From assembly GCA_002269645.1 (NCBI GenBank), contig NIVC01000226.1, positions 1-64,000 of the forward strand: a stretch of DNA of 64,000 nt, in the 5' to 3' direction. The notes beneath the pieces are model-generated. The model was not told the DNA's origin and did no database searches. It saw only the letters and a program-made list of their open reading frames with translations. The position numbers and the translations under genes were made by a program. The DNA is from Macrostomum lignano (lineage: Eukaryota). Positions within the stretch are counted from its first letter, which is position 1. Each line of letters begins with the position of its first letter. This document shows, piece by piece, positions 48,726-60,195 of this stretch.

Positions 48726-51250
48726 TGTCAAGTCTTAAAAAAATTCTGCCTTGTTTTATTCGGCTGAATGAAATAAGACGACAAACGTATTGGCCAAATT
48801 ACTTTTCAGTTATCCAAACTCATTCGGTCATCTTGAATTCTCTCACTGAGTAGAAACTATCTTATGCCTTATTTTATTCGTCTTAAAATATTCCGACAAC
48901 ATTGCGAGTAGACAATAAATTATTACTGCAAAGTAAATTGCAACAAAAAGACAACAACAATCCAGAACTGAATGAAGTACTCGTACACAAAATTAGTCAA
49001 TGGACATTATAATGTTATAAGGCATAATGTGAAAAATATGTTAACCGTAAATAGCTAATTTAGCCTGTCCTTTAGATAAATCCTGCACAGTTCACAATCA
49101 TACACAAAAAAATTACGAGCATATGTTGAATTATCAAATTTCCTTATCGATTAAGTCCTACGAGCTTTCAAAATCTCCCATTAAGTTGACATTGGTCTAA
49201 AGCACAAAGTTACTAGTGAGTCAAGTTAAAAACCTTTTTTAGTCTCTAGTTCATACCAAGCATTTCGATTCTTTTAATTAGAAGCCTAAAACTACTGTCA
49301 AATAATAGAAATTCAAATTCTGTAGATCACCTATTCGTGGTATTTTTTCCGGTGGCGGCCATTGATTGCTGTAAATCTCCCTTAGTTGTTGCTTAGGACA
49401 CGTTCGACCGTGTAAACCTTGGCGCACCATGGTGTCTACAGTTTGCCGCGTTTCCGATCGTCGCGGTCAAAGTTCCGCAGCAGCACCTTGTCTCCGGTTT
49501 TGATGCTGAGGCTGCTGGCAGACGCCAGACGCTGCTGATGGTACTGCTGCATAGCTTGCTGCGCCCGACGGATGCGTCGACGCATCAACTCAATGGTCCG
49601 CCCACGCGATTCTGCCTTTCTCTCTACATGACGAATCGTGACGTCACCGACCATGGCAGCGTCTGCTGGTCCGATGCTGTCATGGGGAAGTCTTGGTTCG
49701 TTGCCGAACACGGCCTTGTAAGGCAAGACGCCAGTTGTCGAGTGCACGCGACTGTTGTACGCCAGAACTGCGCCATCGACATAATCATCCCATGCCGCAG
49801 AGTCAGAGTCCTGGTCGCAAATTTTGCGCAGAGCTGCGACTAAGCTCTGGTTGAGGCGCTCGCACTGACCGTTGGTCTGAAAGAGCATTGTCAGTTATTT
49901 AATATCGAATACGAATTTATTCGAATTAAGACTTATAATTGAGAGAGCATGTAAGGGAAAAAATATTCACCTCACTAACCTGGGGGGGGATAAGCAGAGG
50001 TTCGTCTCTTATCAATCCTCTCAGACAAGCAGCTCTTCAGGTTGTTGTTGAACCCTTGTCCCTGATCGGTCAGCAAGATGTCGGGCCGGGAGAAGACGCA
50101 GAAGGCCTTGTACAGCTGTTTTGCGGCTGTCTGTGCGTCGTTCCTGCTGTGCGCTGACGCCAATGCAAATTTGGTAAATTTGCAGCAAATTGTCAGCAGG
50201 TATTGATTCCCAGTGGAGCATTGTGTTGCTAAGTTTACATTAAAATGAATGAGAGTATGCTAGTTTGATTTGATACATGTAACCACGAAAACTATTAATC
50301 TATTAATCAATTACCTTTCGAAGATGACTCGAACCTGACGTAGTCAACGCAGACAAAATCGAATACTCGTTCGGCCATCAACAAAATTAAAATTGGCGTC
50401 AACTGGGGTTCGTTCGCCACGGCCCTCTTGTTGCGCTGGCAGACGGCGCAATTCTGAACGTACGGTAATCTTGCACAGATTTTGTGATGCCGTCCCAATG
50501 AAATCGCCCCTGCAGCTTCGATAGGGTGGACTTTATCCCCTGATGAGCTCCTCCAGTCACAGAGGTGTGATTCTTAAATTAATCGACACCGTTCTTCTTG
50601 ATCTTCCACCTCCAGGCGACACTCACTTGACCTATGGCGCTTCTTCTGACTGTCATCCCGAGCTGAGAGCTGATAGAACAGCTGCTGGCCCTCGTGCCTG
50701 AAGTTGCGCGCTTCTGCCGAACCTTGCTTTTGAAGTTGTTCTTCACCTTAGTTGTTGTCAAAGACGCAGGGACGTCGTATGCGCCACTAAGCAAGTAAAG
50801 TTTTATGTCGAAATACGCGACAGACATGTTTTTGTATTAGTACCTCAAAATAAGAAAGCCAAGTGCACGAAGTCCAGTTTAGTCGAAATATTTAAACTTG
50901 CAGTTATTTATAGGCAACGTATTGCGTCACAAAATGTACAATTGTACGTATACTGCATAGATTTTGATGTACTGAAAGTCAGAGGACTTTAAAATTTTGT
51001 CAACAGACTTGCGGACGAGAATGCGTGGCTATAAATTTTCAGCAGTGTTTATGTAGGTGATATCAGATCACGGCTTAAACTGTGATTATTGACAGGTTTT
51101 TAATCTCGTAAACCCCAGAGAGAAATCAGCCTAGGAGTGTGCTTGGCATGACTTGTGTCGTGCCGTATGCAATCTGGGCCCAGATAAAATAACGCATCCA
51201 AAGTTATTCAGCCGAATACTTTTCTGCCTAGGATAATGGTTGGCATAACA
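48726..51250 (-). mobile_element. Ginger1 DNA transposon (Gypsy-integrase-related) with an intron-containing, frameshifted transposase
   Basis: CCGG|TGT...ACA|CCGG (4-bp TSD). ORF from 50827: YLLSGAY N-terminus, H2C2 (AHQGIKST..RFHW..CAVCQRN), DDE core (VDY, TDQG, TNGQCER), GDKVLLRN. GT-AG introns at 50229-50314 and 49877-49979. No LTR, RT or gag. Confidence 0.88.
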
Positions 51251-52312
51251 CCGGTGCCGCCCATCAAGAGACAGGGGCGCCCACCAAGAGACAGGGGCTC
51301 CAAACAAGAGACAGGGGCGCACACCAAGAGACAGGGGCGCATACCAAGAGACAGGGGCGCCCACTAAGAGACCGGGTTGCGGCACCCTCCAATTAGAATT
51401 CCTGCTTACGCTTACGCCTCTGTCAATTTAAAAATTCATTTTGAAGCGTTTGAAAACAGACTCATATCTGCCCAATCAGAATTACCATGTTGTCGTGCGG
51501 TTATTTTTACCGTTTAAAATATGATTCGCAGTCTTCTTAACTATATACCATTTTTAGAAGCGTCTTCACTTCATGATTAGGCAGCTGCATGTTCATTACG
51601 AAGACAAAGAAGTGCTAATCAGCAGTCGAAATAAGTAAAGAGCTACGCTTCCACATCAATTTTTCATGACAAACAGCTCGGATAAAAAATTGTGAAAATC
51701 GTTGGACTGGGTTAAACAGATATCCCATCAAAATTTCTACAATTAGAAAAAGTATAGAATATTAAAGCTTGCTGTCGTTAACTAGGGTGAGCGCGGTTAG
51801 GGCTTTAACATCTGAATTTTGCAGAGTCAGAAATTCACTTTAGATAGTCGAGATACTTTTCAGCACTTGTAGCTGCTTTGAACTTTTAATTAATTGACGA
51901 GAGTAGCTGTCTAATATGGTTTCATTGTTGGGAACTCTTGTCATTCGAATCGCCTCGTGACTCGTCTGGGTCTCCTCGATTGTCCCCTCTTCCGTCTTGA
52001 GCGTCTTGCTGCCGACCGCTTTGTCTTTGAACGCTGATCTGCCTAAAAATATCCAAGTGACGCAGATGCCTGCCCACTATAGTGTTCCTTGAGTTGTACT
52101 CGGTTGCCTTTAAGCGGAGAACGGAGCATGGTGCTTTGTGTTCGATTTGGACCAGTGCAAATTGTATTTAGACACCTATTGCGCAATCGCTAGTATTCAG
52201 GAGTTTTCTATTCAAGCATATAGTTTGAAGCTGCGGCGCTAGTTAAAAGCTTTTCTCCCCTAACGTTTCTACGCTCGTATTCCATTTTTGCTACTAACTA
52301 GGAATTGGGTGC

Positions 52313-54195
52313 TCAAAAGAGTGAATAGAGCTCATTTCCAATAATAAACAAGCGACCCCCGATCTCTTGAGCACTCACATTACTCATCCAGAGTCTTGCG
52401 CAAAGGGAGCCGGAAGCCAAGGCCAGAAGCATTTGCTGCCTCGTCACTTTGAAGCCGCACAGGTGCTTCTCAAACAAAGACACAACCGGCCCGTATTCAT
52501 TAACCAGCTTCGGGCAGTCCACTATTTGGCCGTTTGCCGCTGTGACACCCAGGCAGCGAGTCTGCACAAGCTTGTCCACAGCTAGTGACTTGGCCGAAGC
52601 CACCGTCAGGGAGTTGTCGTCGCCCTCCGGACACCGAATATAGCCCAGAGATGCACCTGCCGCCTCCTCCAGCTCTGGTGTGACAAGCTGACCCATTTTG
52701 AAGAGAGCAGCGGCTCTGAGATAGGCTTTGCCGACCTGAGCGCTGTCTGGAATCTGGCGCTCGACGTCCGACAAAAGTTGAGTCAATCTGCCAGACCGAG
52801 ACCCGACCGGAGCTTCACTCCTGATGCTTAACCAAAGCTCAGTTGCCGTCTGCATTGTGGAAGCGTATTTTGTCAAGCTGAAATCACTGCATTCCAGTAA
52901 CTCTACTGCTAGAAGGTAGTAAGAGAGAAACGAAAGGAGAATCACGTTGACCTCAAATTTAGGCAGAGACTCTTTGAACGGTTTCAGGTCGCTGAGCAGG
53001 TTGTCTGCTGACTGACGGACGGCTGCTACAATCCTCGATTTTGAGTCGTGCTCTCGCTTGAAGAACACTCTGGCGTCACGCAAGAAAAAATGTCTCATGC
53101 AGGCGTCCTCGGAGTCTGAGCTCTCCATCATTGCCACGAGAATGTCCAACGAGTGCTGCACCAGCGCCAGCAGGTTGTCCGACTTCCAGTCCTTCGCCGG
53201 TGTCTCGTCGAGCATGTAGAACAGCAAGTTTTTGCCAACGTACGTCTTCAGACCGCTCACTCGGCTGCCGATCACCCTCTTGATGAGGAACTTGACGAGG
53301 ATGAAGAACTGACCCTGCACGGTGGTGAGATGCTGCATGACGGACCTTTCCAGCAGGGTTGTGCTCACTCGAAGTCGGCTGCCCTCTAGACCGGGCGGCG
53401 CACTGCTGACGGCGTGGCACCTTGGCGTCTCGCCCAGCACCTCTTCTCTGAGCGCCCTCATGATGCCATCGGACATGCAAGTCCTGTATCCGGGCCGCAG
53501 CAGCTCGATGTGAGGGTAGCCGCAGCAGGAATGCGCCAAAATCAGGTCGATTGCAGGCAACATCCGCGACACTTCGAATGCGATATCCAATATACTAAAA
53601 ATGAAAATCTTGCTTGCTTGTAATTCGGCGCTAAAACTGCATTTTCAGGACAGATGTAGATGATAAATTTCGTTTCTGTACATATCTAAATTTCATATCT
53701 AATGCATTAGTATGATATTATAGCGAGAATTTCCTTACTGCGAACGCGTGCCTTGACGTGCCCGTCCTCGTACTTCGCAGGCTCAGTCAGCTCGCAGTCG
53801 TTGTGTCGAAATTCGGCCCGCTGTCCGTCAGCGACTTGCGGGTGAATGTGGATTTGCTGGCTCGCGTCTGTCATGATGTACGTCACGTCGATGTCGGAGT
53901 CTGGAGCGACGTCTCCATTGATGCAGCACAGGTTGGAGCCCCAGCCGTCAGCGTAGCTGCCAAAGATGTAGAAGCTTTTAGCCAGCAATCGGATCAGCTC
54001 CTCAGCTGCCATTGCGAAGCCGCTCTGCACCGCTGCGTTTGTTGAGTGAAACCCGGCAGTCGCCATGGCTGAGGACAGCGATCGGCTGTGAGCTGCGAGG
54101 TCGTGCGCCATATTTAAATACATCTCGTATAGGGACTTGCGAAGTTTTTCTTTGGAACAATTTTTGTTGCCTTTTGTTGTCAAACTTTTATACAT
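52313..54195 (-). CDS. Mab-21/cGAS-like nucleotidyltransferase (cGLR-type); 2 exons probable
   Basis: FGSYADGW...DSDIDVT (GS plus DxD), third Asp in IDLILAHSCCGYP, RVSTTLLER, Mab-21 C-terminal helices LVKFL..LKTYVGKNLLFY..DW..HFFL. Donor at 53738. Exact acceptor (~53600-53625) and start codon (54195, 54111 or 54066) uncertain. Confidence 0.8.
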
Positions 54196-54629
54196 TTATA
54201 GAGCTCTAGCTTTGCTCACAAATACAGAGTTGGATTGTACAGTATTTGGGATCCAGGGCTCAATTTCGGGTTATATACCTGAAACTGGCAACAGTCCTCT
54301 TTTTTAGTGCTTTGCTCAAAACGCGCGCTTGATGTCAATGTTCCTTGCTGAGTTCATTAGTATATTTAGGGCCCCTCTTTTCGCTCCCATCAGCATTTTC
54401 CCAGTTTCATAAAGCTTATCTTATATATTTTCTAAATAGATTTCTACATAGAACCAGGTTGTCGAGCCGCAACACTCACTTTTTCTGTCCTGGGCGCCCG
54501 CACTAGAGTCCCGTTGGCAGCCTCAATTCAACCTTCACCCGTCTGCTTCAGGGTGGCTTCTCAATATGCAGGCATGTCTGAGGGCGACGTCTCAGTCCAC
54601 AGATGTGACTGCATGGCGCTCCGACTCAG

Positions 54630-55000
54630 TCTTCTGCTATTTCTCGGAAGATGCAGCTTTTGCTTCTATGCGCCCTGCCGTCCAGCGGATTTCTGCTTCA
54701 ATTAATTAATTTCTGACTCCTCTCCTTCCCCTGCTTTTCTTTCTGGTTCTGGGTCACCTTTCCCTCCTTTTTTCTGCTCATGCAGTGCTCGCGAGAAAAC
54801 TGAGAGGTAGCTTTAATAATCCACCCAACCCTCGCACACCGCTCCCCCACTTCATTCCTCAACCCAAGTCTGCCGCGTGGTGTAGCTGAGTTGCGTCACT
54901 CGCGGAATGTTCTGTGATGGCGACTTTTCGATGTTTCTGAGTATATATATTTTCTCGTAAAACGGAACATGCTGAACTTTCTAGCAGCTTGTTTGATAGA
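54630..55000 (+). repeat. Diverged duplicate of the piggyBac 5' region (matches ~55830-56230)
   Basis: Shared TTCTCGGAAGATGCAGCTTTTGCTT, CCCTCGCACACCGCTCCCC, GTTGCGTCACTCGC and GATGGCGACTTTTC blocks. Confidence 0.75.
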
Positions 55001-56019
55001 CAATTTTATCTGTTTTTTTATTCAGAGGTACAAGTAAACTTTCTGTGAAGACTTCACTTTAGATTGTAGAAGATCAGTATACATGTACGCTTGATACGAG
55101 GCAAGCGACTGCGATTTATATTGTAAATACTGAGCACGATACATTTAGTGGATAAGGTTTAAGGGTTGAGAACAAGAGTGTCCAGAATAAAGAACTTACA
55201 TCAGTAAGAGCGTACATCAAGATATTGTAGAAAGGCGCCCACAGCGAAACAGTAAAAAACACCACACTAAAACACTAAATAAAGTGCAAGCTAACACCAC
55301 AAACAAAAATCAACCCAGCCAAGTCAACACACTTTGAATACCACAGTATCGTTAAACTCGCTCCTCATGTGTACAATAGCTCAAGAGTTCGAAAACTTTT
55401 TTACCTCAAGGGCAGGTAAAGAAACCTAACGACTGACTGAGGGTCAGAAGAGGGCAGAAAAGAGAGGGAGTAGCTAGAGAAGAGCGAGGAGTGATGGGAG
55501 AAAGGAGAGGCGAGGGAATAAATGAGAAAAGAGGAGACAGAGCAGATCGAGCTGAGAAGAGATGAGCCCTGATCGAGCAGGCTGAATTGCTATTGCAAAG
55601 TTTCAAAGCACCTGAGGGGACCGGATAGAGAGGGGCTTAGCGGGTCGGAGTTTGCCGATCTCTAATCTGGTTCATATGCCGTGGACTTGCACCTTGCTGC
55701 GCACCGAATTTGCTTCCTGGCTCCCAATAGGCTCCCCTTCCGGTGGCAAAATTAATACCTGCATGTTTATCGAGTGTTCGCTTGATAGATCTAAGGAATG
55801 GCGGATACAAGGACGACAAAAGTAACGTATATTTCTCGGAAGATGCAGCTTTTGCTTTGCTTTAAGTAGTCCTTGTCTAGATAATGATTGCTCGTAGATC
55901 AAGTATATATTTCGACCATATATACCCAGCAACGTTAAAAAGTCGCCACTCTGTGCGCTAGCTAGTGAGCAATTTCTCTTGGACTGTTCTGAAAAAAAGA
56001 TGCCAATAAAACTGATCCG

Positions 56020-59000
56020 GGTATCTTTAATCCGTCCCACCCTCGCACACCGCTCCCCTACTTCATTCCTCAATCCAAGTCTGTCGCGTGGCATAGCCAA
56101 GTTGCGTCACTCGCAAGATTCCGAGACTTTACTTGCACTCTCAAAAGTGGCGAGTACAGCTAGACGGAGTGATGGCGACTTTTCAATGTTGCTGAGTATA
56201 TTTCACCGTGTCTTTTCAGCAAGATTTTATTTACTAGTTCAAATAGCATCGCCTAATCTCCGGATTTTGGCATACAGAGTTAAAGGATTACAAAGATGTC
56301 GTTGCTTTGGATTGCAATGGCGAGCTATAGCGGCAGATGCCCCAAAGGTTCTGACCCAACTGACGAATCAAGATCGACCAGTACCGATTCAAGTGATTCG
56401 GAAGTAAGTGAAGCTGACGCAGACGAGTTTCTGTCCGATGAGGAGTCGCCCGAAGTGTCTTTAGCGCCGTCAAAACTACAAGTAATTAATGAAATCAAGC
56501 CCCTACCAGATCATGAATTTAGCTATAGCACTCAACATCCACACCCAAGGCGATGGCCAAGCGACTCTGTGCTGCGTTTGGAACCGCAGATCAATCCAAA
56601 CTTTTCTTTCGACTCGCCAACGGAATGCGTCCTATTTTTTGCCCAGAGATGCTGTTAAGAAATTGTCAGAGCGACAAATGAGACTGGCCATCGCAGACTT
56701 GGCAATGACTTCAAAGACTGTGATGTTGTTGAAATGGAAGGCTTCATTGGAGCACTACTTTATTTAGGAGCCCACAACATGCACAACGCAAGTGTACAGC
56801 AAATTTGGTCTGTCGACCCCTGTCATCCGATTCACGCTTTTTTGGTGACAGGCTTCTCGAGAAACAGATCTTCGCAATTATGGAGTTGTCTCTCGTTTGA
56901 ATGTCGCGCGAGCCGGATTGCAAAGGCTGCCAGAGATCCGATTTACGGCATTCGAGCTCTGTATAGCACTTTTCAAGATCGCCTCGCAATGCCCGTCCTG
57001 CCTGGAGCCTACATTTGTATCGATGAACAACTCATTCGATACTATAGCAATGACTGCAGCTTTGCTGTCTTCATGAAGGACAAGCCAGCAGGAAACGGCC
57101 TGAAGTTTTTCATGGCAACGACTGCTCGAAATCCGATCGAAGAAAGCAGTGACACACTGCATTATGTGTACAAGTCAGAATTGTACACCGCATACAACAA
57201 CCTGCTGATGAAAGCGGAGAGCGGTGGCGTCGGCAAATACTAGAGTGGCGAGCAAGTGCTGCTTCGTCTATCCGACAACTTTGAAGGCTTTTGGGTAAAC
57301 ATTACCGCTGATCGCCTGCCACCTCAGTTCAAGGGCAACAAGAGACCAAGTCAGCCGGAGTTCCTTTATGACGGGCCTCTTACAGTCGTGCGTGCTCAAG
57401 CAAGCGGAGGACTGTAATTCTGTTATCCACTAATCACCATGACAGCCGACGTGTGCCTCCAAAAAACAAACCAGAGCTGATCCAGCACTACAACGCAACG
57501 AAGGCCGGCACCGACACGATCAACAGAATGGTTACCACTATGAACTGCCATCGCATATCGCGCTGTCTTGAAAAGACAATTTTCACTGGACACATGCTCA
57601 ATGTGGTGTGGATCAACGGACATACGGTTTACCGTCTTTCAGGTCACACGGGCCTAACTCGCAAAGAATTTCTCCTTCAAGCTGCTTCCGGGTTGCTTCC
57701 ACCGCAGATTGAACGCCGTGCGAATGACCCAAACCGGCATGTCAATTCATCTACGTAGTCTTTTCAACACGGTGCTGAAAATTCAACCAAATTATCAGCT
57801 ATCTGAATGCGCTACCGCCGATCGGCCAGCAGGAGAGCGAGGGCGATGCCGACTGTGCAAGGCGGAAAGGAGCACAAGTGCGGAGAAGTACTCGCTGAAA
57901 CGCGAAACAAAAATTGTGCCAACTGCGCTAGTTTCGTGTGCAAGAGGCATCGAAACGATGTCTACTTGTGCGACCCAACCAACAGTAAAAATCCAGCCAG
58001 AAGGAGCACGATCAGATTTCCGGCCACGAATTTGTTGTGCATGTCATCAGAAAATTGAAGGATATTTAAAGATAATGAAAAACTTTGTCATCATTCTTGG
58101 ATTTCTTGAGAATGTACGGTAGTAGCTATCATGCTTTTGCGCTAATTTTCGTTTCTTTTTTATTATAATACCAGTAATTATCTTTACTTGATCTTAAATT
58201 TCATTTGCGTGCCAGTAAATTCAATCGGTTTTTTTATTTTTTAAAAGCATAACCCTTTCTGCTTAAAAATTGGGTTCAATATTATAGTTGAATAAACTAA
58301 ACAGCTTGTAGAATAAAATATGTATGTAGCTTCTATGTATAAAATATGTGTATTAATAATATAAATGTACAGCAACATGAGTTCAAGCTTAGCTAAAGCA
58401 ATGTACGTGCTTAAAAAAATTTTAAGAGCTTCAGAAATGTTACGAGCATGACGACAAATCACGCTCAGGTGTCATTACTCATCTGGTGCCACCTATTGAA
58501 GGTCCCGACGGCGTCGGGGTGATGACTGAAGGCTCGATAGACTAGCTGAGAATGTCCGGTAGTTGAGGTTTTGCCCATTATTGAAGCTTGATAAAAAGAA
58601 AAACCTGACATATTTGCAACAGGATGTCCATAATCACCTGGTGTAATCTGTTAAAGGTGCCGACGGTGTCCGGGTGATGACGGAATGCTCAAGAGACTAG
58701 CTGAGGATACCTAGCAGTTGAGGTTTGCCCACTGTCGAGGCTTGATCAGCGAAACTCGAGAAATTCGTATCAGGGTGTTCATAGTCAGCTGGTGCCACCT
58801 GTTGAAGGTCCAGAAGCTCCACATGGGTGAAGGCTGAAGGACCAACGAAGTCACAGCTGCTGATGCAGACACAGACACATCGACGAGCTATTGAAATTTG
58901 GAGACTTGGCAAGGCTGTGTTGAGGCGCAGTGCTGCTTGTCGCACAGGGGTGTACTGATCATACACTAGCACTTATGGGAAAAATCCGACATTCTGGCAG

Positions 59001-59030
59001 AATCGTCCAATATCTCGACGGTCTGAAGGG
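56020..59030 (+). mobile_element. Decayed piggyBac transposon (transposase fragments 56296-58060)
   Basis: Acidic N-terminus; EMEGFIGALLYLG, FSRNR, IDEQL..CSFAVFMKDKP, ITADR, HYNATKAGTD; C-terminal Cys cluster CANCASFVCKRH. Candidate right end ...GACGGTCTGAAGGG at 59030. TTAA TSDs not found, so boundaries are uncertain. Confidence 0.8.
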
Positions 59031-59372
59031 CTGGCGACTTGATTCTTGTTTGAGCAGGTGCGCAAAAAAAGTTGGCCCGTGTTCTTGAATTTCTTGTGCC
59101 TGCGTTGCTCCGTTCCGGTGCAAAAAAATTGTCAGGGGGGGGGGGGGGGAACTTCCCCCCTCTTTGGTAGTTCGACGGGCGGAAAATGGCTTGGTATTCC
59201 TACTGTTAATTACGAGCTCGTAAGTTAGGCTTAAAATTTGACTGCAACAGTTCTTTCAGTAGAATACGTGTATTTAAATCAAAAGCCCAGATTCTGAGTG
59301 CATCCGCATAGCCAATTGGTTGTCAGTGGTTTCGTGCAGCAGGCACCGCATGATGATGCATAAGTATAGTTA

Positions 59373-59744
59373 TTATTTAGCAAAATAGCATCTCGAAGCG
59401 TCAGAATTGTCGCATGGTGAAAACACCGGTGAAAAAATTGGGCAGAACGAGCACTGATGCACCACCCGCTTGTCACAGGGGTCGCCCCAGTCGTGGCTGA
59501 CCGTTTGGCCCATGCAGAACGTCATACCCATTTGGGTTACGAGTTCCTTGTAGTCTACGGGAATGAGAGGCTCATCTGCGCTCATTCCAAAATCGTTCAT
59601 TAAGCCCCGGATCAGCGCTTCTTCGTAGCCCGGAACGACCTCTATGGCGTAACCTGGGTTGCAGTCGTAGCCGCGACTGACGCCTGCGGCTGCCACAAGC
59701 AGCAGCACGACGACTCGAGTTCGAAATTTCAAACTAAAGTTCAT
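59373..59744 (-). CDS. Small putative secreted cysteine-rich protein (123 aa), unknown function
   Basis: N-terminal basic-hydrophobic signal-like segment (KFRTRVVVLLLVAAAGVSRG), 7 Cys in the mature part, GC-balanced ORF in AT-rich flanks. Confidence 0.6.
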   Translation of the reverse strand: MNFSLKFRTRVVVLLLVAAAGVSRGYDCNPGYAIEVVPGYEEALIRGLMNDFGMSADEPLIPVDYKELVTQMGMTFCMGQTVSHDWGDPCDKRVVHQCSFCPIFSPVFSPCDNSDASRCYFAK

Positions 59745-60195
59745 TGCTCAATCGTTTTTTTTCAGTGCTTTCACTGATTTTTAAATTGTTTAGCCTATAA
59801 TCACGATACACGCTTGCTTTTATATTGAATTCGACAGGAAGCAATTCGGTGATTTTTCCAATATAAATTTAATGTCTTCAAACTGGAGCGGAAATCATGC
59901 AAAGTTGATTGTGCCGGTTATTGTAGCTGACCCGTAAAATTCTAACACACACAGGGGATACAGCTACTGCATGTAATAAAACACTGAATTCTTTAAAAGG
60001 AATTAAAAAACTAAAAACTAAAAAATTAAAGAACTAAAAAATTACTCGTTTTGACAGAAAATGTTTTTAAAAACATAAAATGTTTAAATGCATTGACTAG
60101 AACGTTAAAACAACCTCTGTTTTGGAAACATCAGCAATTCATGAATTTGTTAATTAAGAGTTTCCTTTGGTTACTCGTGAAAATTATCGACTTCA

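Noticed and set aside
48630-51372. Direct repeats flanking the integrase read as LTRs
   Set aside because: They are one minisatellite split at a CCGG TSD. The element has TGT/ACA ends and introns and lacks RT, so it is Ginger1.
51372-54477. hAT-like ends (GTTGCGGC cores) enclosing the cGLR gene as cargo
   Set aside because: Only an 8-bp core matches, and there is no TSD (CTAAGAGA vs ACTTTTTC).
54520-56040. piggyBac left TIR with TTAA TSD
   Set aside because: Candidates (CCTTCACCCGTC at ~54525; TTAATCCGTCCC at ~56026) do not convincingly mirror the candidate right end, so the boundaries are left unresolved.
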